Source: Bellilinea caldifistulae
Lineage (GTDB): Bacteria > Chloroflexota > Anaerolineae > Anaerolineales > Anaerolineaceae
NCBI RefSeq assembly: GCF_001306055.1
Contig: NZ_LGHJ01000027.1
Location: 1 to 32,000, forward strand
DNA length: 32,000 bases
Reading direction: 5' to 3'
A program made the translations under genes and the position numbers. The notes beneath the pieces were generated by a model. The model did no database searches, was not told where the DNA came from, and saw only the letters and a list, made by a program, of their open reading frames with translations. Shown here piece after piece: positions 25,786 to 32,000 of the stretch (position 1 is the stretch's first letter; each line of letters starts with the position of its first letter).

Positions 25786-26727
25786 ATGAATAAAGTCGTT
25801 GTTGTTGGAAGTTTGAACATTGACCTGATTGCAAAGACATCCCACGCCCCGGCCGCTGGTGAAACGGTAAATGCCGAGGAATTTTTCATTGTTCCCGGTG
25901 GTAAAGGCGCAAATCAGGCTGTGGCAATGGCGCGTCTGGGGTTGAATGTAAGCCTGATCGGCCGGGTTGGAAAGGATTATTTCGGGAATTTTTTGATTCG
26001 GGAATTGGAAAAGGAAAAACTCAACACAGATTATGTTTCCAAGGATGAGGAAGAACTAACCAGCATTGCAATGATCATTCTCGAAGAGTCGGGGGAAAAC
26101 CGGATTGTGGTTGCTCAAGGGTCAAATTATCGCATTAATCCAACCGATATTGACCGGGCAGAGTCGGTAATCGAAGAGGCCGATATTGTTGTCTGTCACT
26201 TCGGACGAGATCACCCCGTTTTGGGTTATGTTATAAAACTGGCAAAAAGCAAATGTAAAAGGGTTTTAGTTAACCCTGCGCCTGCCTTTCCGATAAGCCG
26301 CGAACTTTTGAAATCCATTGATTATTTAGTAGTAAATCAAGGGGAAGCTGAATTCATCAGCGGTCTACCAGTTACCGACTTGACCAGCGCATATCAGGCC
26401 GCAAAGCAACTCCACCATCGTGGAAGCGCTGAAGTCATCATTACATTAGGCCCAGGAGGCGCAATCCTCAGTGAACCGAATCAAAAATATCACATTCCCG
26501 CCTATCCGATTACAGTGGTTGATACAACTGCGGCGGGAGATGCATTCATTGCCGGGTTGGTTTATGGGATCTTAAAAGATTGGACACCCAGAGAAAGAAT
26601 CCGATTCGCAAATGCCTGCGGTGCTTTAGCCAGTACAAAAATTGGAGCTATCTCATCCTTACCCCGGCAAGTTGAAGTTGAACAATTTTTATCCACGAGA
26701 AAGGAGGCAGAAGAAGTATCCAATTAG
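25786..26727 (+). CDS. rbsK: Ribokinase (PfkB family)
   Basis: 313 aa. VVVVGSLNIDLI, GGKGANQAVAMARLG and the C-terminal DTTAAGDAFIAGL are ribokinase/PfkB signatures. Confidence 0.8.
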   Translation: MNKVVVVGSLNIDLIAKTSHAPAAGETVNAEEFFIVPGGKGANQAVAMARLGLNVSLIGRVGKDYFGNFLIRELEKEKLNTDYVSKDEEELTSIAMIILEESGENRIVVAQGSNYRINPTDIDRAESVIEEADIVVCHFGRDHPVLGYVIKLAKSKCKRVLVNPAPAFPISRELLKSIDYLVVNQGEAEFISGLPVTDLTSAYQAAKQLHHRGSAEVIITLGPGGAILSEPNQKYHIPAYPITVVDTTAAGDAFIAGLVYGILKDWTPRERIRFANACGALASTKIGAISSLPRQVEVEQFLSTRKEAEEVSN

Positions 26728-26797
26728 TCATGAAAAACCGGTTAGAAAACCAGATTATGACACCCGTTTAGAACAGTAAATTCCTGAGGAGGAAAAA

Positions 26798-27880
26798 ATG
26801 AAAAGTCTGCGCGTTTGGATTATCTTGATGCTGATCGCTGTCGTTGTATTGGGGTGTACTTCACCAACCTCTGCGCCCACAAATACCAGTGCACCTCCAC
26901 CGCCCGCTCAAGACACCCAGGCCCCCCAAAGTGGTGCTGAACAACCGCAAGAGGGCAAAGCTTCCAAAAATTGGAAAATCGCCTTCATTCCCCAACTGAT
27001 CGGTATTCCGTACTTCACTGCCATGGAAGAAGGCGGCAATGACGCTGCCAAAGCCTTTGGAGTAACCTACCTCAACGTTGGTTCCCCCACTGCCAATGCA
27101 GCCGAACAAGTCCGTTTAATGGAAAATCTCATCCAGCAGCGGGTAGATGCCATTTCCATCTCGGTACTGGATTCCGCCTCTCTTAATCCGGTTATGGAAC
27201 GAGCCGAACAGGCAGGGATTGTGGTGTACACTTCGGATTCCGACAGCCCAACTAGCGTTCGGAGAGTATATGTTGCTCAGGCTTTGGATAAAGATCTGGG
27301 ATACACCCTGATTGACCGATTGGCAATGCAAATTGGTGAAGCCGGACAAATTGGGATCATCTCCGGCGAATCCACGGCGACCAATCTGAATACCTGGATT
27401 GATTTCATGAAGGAAGCCGTAGCAACCAAATATCCCAATATTGAAATTGTGGATATTCGTTACACCCAGGGTGGTTCTTCAGAGGATGCACTGCGACAAG
27501 CCGAGGAGTTGATGACCCGCTATCCGGATATTAAAGGTTTGATTGCCGTGGCTTCCACCACCGTGCCCGGCGTAGCCAAAGCAGTCGAGAATGCCGGAAA
27601 GACAGGCCAGGTTGCCGTGATCGGTTATGGTTCCCCCAACACTGTCAGACCGTTTATTAAAAGCGGTGTGATGAAAGAATCGGTTTTGTGGAATCCTAGG
27701 GCACTGGGCTATCTGAATGTTTGGGCAGGTATCCAGTTACTCGAAGGAAAACCATTCCAAGAAGAAAATATTGTGCCGGGCCTGTCGGATCCTGTCAAAT
27801 ACTTCCCGGACACCAAAATTTTACTTCTGGGGCCGCCTTTGGTCATTGATGCCAACAACGTTGACAATTTCGACTTCTAA
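26798..27880 (+). CDS. Sugar ABC transporter substrate-binding lipoprotein (periplasmic-binding-protein type I fold)
   Basis: 360 aa with GAGGAGG upstream. Signal plus lipobox VVLGC, then a Pro/Thr/Ala/Gln-rich linker, then KIAFIPQLIGIPYFTAMEEG typical of ribose/AI-2-type binding proteins. Confidence 0.8.
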   Translation: MKSLRVWIILMLIAVVVLGCTSPTSAPTNTSAPPPPAQDTQAPQSGAEQPQEGKASKNWKIAFIPQLIGIPYFTAMEEGGNDAAKAFGVTYLNVGSPTANAAEQVRLMENLIQQRVDAISISVLDSASLNPVMERAEQAGIVVYTSDSDSPTSVRRVYVAQALDKDLGYTLIDRLAMQIGEAGQIGIISGESTATNLNTWIDFMKEAVATKYPNIEIVDIRYTQGGSSEDALRQAEELMTRYPDIKGLIAVASTTVPGVAKAVENAGKTGQVAVIGYGSPNTVRPFIKSGVMKESVLWNPRALGYLNVWAGIQLLEGKPFQEENIVPGLSDPVKYFPDTKILLLGPPLVIDANNVDNFDF

Positions 27881-27912
27881 AATTCACTGATACCACGGGA
27901 CGGAGACCCCAC

Positions 27913-29478
27913 ATGGAAAGCACACCCCTGCTGCAATTGACCAATATTTACAAATCTTTTGGTGGCGTAAAAGCTCTCTCCGGTGTGAGCCTGACCGCTA
28001 ACAGCGGTGAAGTCCATGCAGTTGTTGGAGAGAATGGTGCAGGAAAATCAACTTTGATGAAAATTATTTCTGGGGCTCTCCGTCCCGATTCCGGTCAAAT
28101 TGTGTGGAATGGTACCGAATACACATTTCAAGAACCCAGGGATGCATCGAAACTGGGAATAGCCATCGTTTATCAAGAACCTTTGTATTTCAACGATTTA
28201 TCGGTGGTAGAAAACCTGTTTCTGGGAGAAGAAATCAAAAGACCGAATGGCACGTTGGACTGGAAAAGTATGACCGAACAGGGAGTGGATGCGCTCAGCC
28301 GCATCGGTCTCCCCCCTGAAATCATTCGAAAGCCAATGAGCGAGCTTTCCTTAGGAGTGAAGCAGCTGGTTCTAATCGCCAGAGCAGTTCAGCGAAATGC
28401 TCGATTATTAATACTCGATGAACCAACCGCAATCTTAAGCCAACGCGAAACAGAGGTTTTATTTCAAACCATTCACACCTTGAAAGAAAATAACGTATCA
28501 ATTTTATATATCTCCCACCGACTAGCGGAAATATTTGAGATTGCGGATTACGTTACCGTTTTGCGGGACGGTCATGTTGTAATGGATTCAAAAGTCACCG
28601 ATACGAATGAAAATGATTTGATCAATGCCATGACTGGCCGCAAAATTTCAACAGAAATCTACATACCAAGAAATTTTCAACAACAGGATCCCTTGCTATC
28701 TGTCCATAACTTAACTTGTGATGGCTATTACAGCAACATCAGTTTTTCTATTAAGCCCAAACAAATACTCGCCTTTTATGGCCTGGTTGGAGCCGGTCGC
28801 TCTGAGGTTGCCAGAACCATCATTGGGGAAATGCAAGCCGATTTCGGAGAAATTATTTACCAGGGCCGTCCGATCAGGCCAAGGAGTAGTCGCGAGTCCA
28901 TCGGTCTGGGCATTGTCTACTTGCCAGAGGATCGAAGATCACAAGGGCTTTTCTTCATTCGCTCCATTAAAGACAACATAAGTGCTTCTATTTTGCAAAA
29001 TATTTCTTCCAGGATTGGAAAGATAAATTCAAATCTTGAAAATTCAGTTGTATCCCAAATTTTCCAAAAGCTGGCTATAAAAGCACCAACTATAGAGATA
29101 CCCGTATCGAGTCTCAGCGGTGGAAATCAACAAAAAGTTGTTTTGGGACGAAATCTTACCCTCAAACCGAAATTATTAATTCTGGACGAACCAACCCACG
29201 GTATTGATGTGGGTACAAAAAACGAAATCCACAAACTAATTTTTGAATTGGCTAATCAAGAAATTGCCATTATTTTGATTACCTCCGACCTGCCGGAAGC
29301 ATTAGCCATTGCAGATACTTTCGTGGTTATGCATGAAGGTCGTCTGATGGGAATTTTAGATAGACAGGAAGCCAACGAAGAATTAATCCTCCGGCTTGCA
29401 TTGGGTATCAACGGAAATAACAGGAGACAAGATGAACACCTTATCCTCAGAGCCCCCCTCCAAACCCACAATGAATGA
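27913..29478 (+). CDS. Sugar ABC transporter ATP-binding protein with two ABC cassettes (RbsA/MglA-like)
   Basis: 521 aa. First cassette has Walker A GENGAGKST and Walker B LLILDEP. Second cassette has signature LSGGNQQK and Walker B LLILDEP. Confidence 0.88.
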   Translation: MESTPLLQLTNIYKSFGGVKALSGVSLTANSGEVHAVVGENGAGKSTLMKIISGALRPDSGQIVWNGTEYTFQEPRDASKLGIAIVYQEPLYFNDLSVVENLFLGEEIKRPNGTLDWKSMTEQGVDALSRIGLPPEIIRKPMSELSLGVKQLVLIARAVQRNARLLILDEPTAILSQRETEVLFQTIHTLKENNVSILYISHRLAEIFEIADYVTVLRDGHVVMDSKVTDTNENDLINAMTGRKISTEIYIPRNFQQQDPLLSVHNLTCDGYYSNISFSIKPKQILAFYGLVGAGRSEVARTIIGEMQADFGEIIYQGRPIRPRSSRESIGLGIVYLPEDRRSQGLFFIRSIKDNISASILQNISSRIGKINSNLENSVVSQIFQKLAIKAPTIEIPVSSLSGGNQQKVVLGRNLTLKPKLLILDEPTHGIDVGTKNEIHKLIFELANQEIAIILITSDLPEALAIADTFVVMHEGRLMGILDRQEANEELILRLALGINGNNRRQDEHLILRAPLQTHNE

Positions 29479-30787
29479 TATTTCCCAAGTTTTTTCATGG
29501 ATTGATAACCATCGGGAAGAAGTTATTGACTTATTGCAAAGGCTGGTTCGAGTTCCCAGTGTCAATCCTTGGTTTCTGGAAGAGCCGGGACAAAGGTACG
29601 AGGAACAGGTACAAGATTTGATTGCCGAAGAATTAAGATTTTTCGGAGCTGTGATTGACCGGTGGCAACCAGATCCTCAAGATCTTTCTAAATATCAGGG
29701 CAAACCGGGTTATTACCCAGACCATAAATTTAACGGAAGACCCAATCAGGCAGGTCTCATAAGAGGAGTGGGTAAAGGCAAATCAATTTTGCTAACGGGC
29801 CATGTGGATGTGGTTAAAGCCGGTTCGGATTGGAGCGTTGATCCATTTAGTGCCGTTCGTAAAGACGGAAAGGTTATTGGGCGAGGGGTGGTGGATATGA
29901 AAGGCGGAATAACCGCTATGATTTCTGCTATCAAGGCAATTTACTCCGTGGGTTTCAAGAACGCTGGAGATATTTGTATCGGTACGGTTGTTGATGAAGA
30001 AGCAGGAGGAATGGGCACATTAGCCTTTGTAGACCGCGGTTACAGAGCCGATGGTTGCATTCTCACAGAGCCGACCGATTTGACCATTGCCCCCCTCTGC
30101 AGAGGTATATTGTGGGGAAAGCTCACCATAAAAGGCCGCAGTGGTCATATCGAATTACCTCAGTCAGATTGGCGTAATGGGGGAGCCGTTGATGCTATCC
30201 GCCTTTCCCGTTATTTTCTTGACCAGTTTGATGTTTTGAATGCAGATTGGGCTAACCGGAAAACTCATCCACTGTTACCCATGCCCTGTCAGGTATATGT
30301 CGCCCAACTCAATGCAGGCGATTATCCAACCACTTTCGCCGGTCAAGCAGAGCTTGTTTTCAATGCCCAATATCTGCCCGCCGAAAGAGACCATAACTTC
30401 CTTGGCGGAAAAGTAAAGAAGGAGATTGAAGATTTCATCACTAGCGTATCTCAAAAAGATGAGTGGTTGATCCACAATCCGCCAAAAGTTGAATGGCTAA
30501 TTGATGCTGATTGTGCCGAGACACCCATCAATCATCCTTTTGTGGAGACATGTAAGGCTTCCCTCTTGCAGGTTACGGATAAGGCAGTAATCGAGGGTAT
30601 TGGTAGTCACACGGATATGGGTTGGTTTGTAAATGTCGGTATTCCAACCATAAATTTCGGTCCCGGAAAGCCTTCTGTTGCCCACCAAAGCGACGAATCT
30701 CTTAACGAAGAAGATCTTATTATCGCCACCAAAGTTCTGGCTGTCATTGTTATGAATTGGTGCGGCATAACAAAATTATCCCAATGA
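29432..30787 (+). CDS. M20-family metallopeptidase / deacylase (ArgE/DapE/ACY1 type)
   Basis: ORF 29396..30787. The preferred start is the ATG at 29432 with AGGAGA at 29422-29427; the alternative ATG at 29471 overlaps the ATPase stop. Metal-ligand contexts LTGHVDVV, GRGVVDMKGG and VVDEEAGGMG. The stop overlaps the next start (ATGA). Confidence 0.8.
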   Translation: MNTLSSEPPSKPTMNDISQVFSWIDNHREEVIDLLQRLVRVPSVNPWFLEEPGQRYEEQVQDLIAEELRFFGAVIDRWQPDPQDLSKYQGKPGYYPDHKFNGRPNQAGLIRGVGKGKSILLTGHVDVVKAGSDWSVDPFSAVRKDGKVIGRGVVDMKGGITAMISAIKAIYSVGFKNAGDICIGTVVDEEAGGMGTLAFVDRGYRADGCILTEPTDLTIAPLCRGILWGKLTIKGRSGHIELPQSDWRNGGAVDAIRLSRYFLDQFDVLNADWANRKTHPLLPMPCQVYVAQLNAGDYPTTFAGQAELVFNAQYLPAERDHNFLGGKVKKEIEDFITSVSQKDEWLIHNPPKVEWLIDADCAETPINHPFVETCKASLLQVTDKAVIEGIGSHTDMGWFVNVGIPTINFGPGKPSVAHQSDESLNEEDLIIATKVLAVIVMNWCGITKLSQ

Positions 30788-31800
30788 GAAATAGGAGTGG
30801 TCCGGTGAAAACTTTCATTCCTGGATTGAGTCGTCGGGACTTGTTCACAATTGGTTTGGTGATTCTTGAGGTTGTAATATTTTCCATAGTTTCAGAAAAT
30901 TTTCTCAACAGTTCTAACCTCCGATCCGTGCTCCGTAATGCGACGGAGTTGTCATTGGTAAGCATTGGCATGACGATTGTTATATTAATGGGAGGGATCG
31001 ATATTTCGGTTGGTTCCGCCTTGGGTGTTGTAGCAATTATTGTTGGCTGGTTAATACAAGCGGAAGTTCATCCGCTGATCATTGGCCTTGTTGCTATTCT
31101 CGTTGGTACCACCATTGGTTTTGTCAACGGCTCTTTGATTACCTTCGGCAGAATACCAGACATTATCGCAACACTGGGAATGTCAAATATCCTCCGAGCG
31201 GCTGTTTTCGGTATGCTTGGTGGCCGGTGGATAACCGGTCTCCCCCCTGTGTTTAGTCCTTTGGTACAGGGACAATATTTTGGAATACCCGCTTCAATTT
31301 TTGTAATTTTCATATTTTATTTTGTTTTTTGGGCTCTTTTGACATTTTTACCAATTGGCAGGCATATTTACGCAACAGGTAACAATGTGGAAGCAGCCAA
31401 GCTTTCGGGTATAGATGTAAGGAAAACAAGAATTGTTGGTTACATGCTGCTTGGTTCTCTAGTGGGTTTTTCCTCGTTACTTTATGTGGGCAGGCTAGGA
31501 AGCGTTGAAATTACTGTTGGCATTGATTTACCAATCTCTGCAATTGCTGCAGTCGTCATTGGGGGAGCTTCGGTGTTTGGTGGACGCGGTTCGATTGTTG
31601 GAACCCTGGCTGGTGTCTTTTTCATGGCATTCATGAAAAATGGCCTGTTGTTGTTGGGTATTCCTTCTTTATGGGAACGTGCAGTGATCGGATTTTTGAT
31701 CATTTTCTCGGTTGGCATTGATTTGCTAATTAACAAGCATCAGGCTATTGCAAAATTCCTTCACCTCAAAACGAGACAATCGCGTGTAGGAGAGGCATAA
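30784..31800 (+). CDS. Sugar ABC transporter permease (RbsC/AraH-like)
   Basis: ORF 30757..31800 trimmed to the ATG at 30784, which is coupled by ATGA to the peptidase stop. Multiple hydrophobic helices and ATGNNVEAAKLSGIDV, typical of this permease family. Confidence 0.8.
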   Translation: MRNRSGPVKTFIPGLSRRDLFTIGLVILEVVIFSIVSENFLNSSNLRSVLRNATELSLVSIGMTIVILMGGIDISVGSALGVVAIIVGWLIQAEVHPLIIGLVAILVGTTIGFVNGSLITFGRIPDIIATLGMSNILRAAVFGMLGGRWITGLPPVFSPLVQGQYFGIPASIFVIFIFYFVFWALLTFLPIGRHIYATGNNVEAAKLSGIDVRKTRIVGYMLLGSLVGFSSLLYVGRLGSVEITVGIDLPISAIAAVVIGGASVFGGRGSIVGTLAGVFFMAFMKNGLLLLGIPSLWERAVIGFLIIFSVGIDLLINKHQAIAKFLHLKTRQSRVGEA

Positions 31801-31804
31801 GATC

Positions 31805-32000
31805 ATGATAGAAAGGTTTTTTAAGCAGTCTTTACCTGCCCTATTAAGCAATCGAGTTTATTTTTTGATTGCCTTATTGATCATCGTACTGATTTTCCTT
31901 TCCCTAATCAGTCCGTATTTTCTCAACACCAGAACAATTCTCGATATCTTACGAATGGGAACTGTGCTGCTCTTGCTTTCAATTGGTCAAACCCTAGTCA
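31805..32000 (+). CDS. Second ABC transporter permease, 5' part only (runs off the window)
   Basis: ATG at 31805, 5 nt after the previous stop. MIERFFKQSLPALLSNRVYFLIALLIIVLIFLSLISPYFLNTRTILDILRMGTVLLLLSIGQTLV resembles the N-terminus of RbsC-type permeases. Confidence 0.6.
   Translation, partial: MIERFFKQSLPALLSNRVYFLIALLIIVLIFLSLISPYFLNTRTILDILRMGTVLLLLSIGQTLV

Overview
All calls come from reading the sequence and the ORF track by hand; no database search or folding program was run. The window centres on a complete type I-C CRISPR-Cas locus on the + strand (cas3-cas5c-cas8c-cas7c-cas4-cas1-cas2, 6404-15427). A 183-nt leader follows, then a very long array of 124 repeats and 123 spacers (15611-23996). 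The locus looks like a fixed genomic island. On its left is a 47-nt 3' fragment of tRNA-Pro(CGG) (4875-4921) next to a tyrosine integrase broken by an in-frame TGA (4949-5821). On its right is a decayed IS5-family transposase remnant (24069-24652). The left flank carries a REC-REC-GGDEF diguanylate cyclase, a small lipoprotein-like ORF, an HtrA-like serine protease with a PDZ domain, and a 215-aa hypothetical protein. The right flank carries a GntR/HutC regulator divergent from a ribokinase gene, then a sugar ABC transporter operon with an M20 metallopeptidase gene between the ATPase and permease genes. The most notable observations are: (1) Cas3 is 1073 aa because an HTH-WYL-WCX regulator module of about 320 aa is fused in frame to its N-terminus, downstream of several perfect palindromes. 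(2) The array has three clean blocks that differ only in a homopolymer (C6, then C7, then C6). (3) The spacers record their own history: two overlapping opposite-strand spacers that reconstruct a 54-nt target, two protospacers re-acquired with 1-nt offsets, and a 199-bp segmental duplication. (4) A 12-bp perfect inverted repeat sits 2 nt upstream of repeat 1. (5) A canonical AGGAGG-N8-ATG lies inside cas8c where the internal Cas11c start is expected. Spacer coordinates were counted by hand and could be off by 1 nt.
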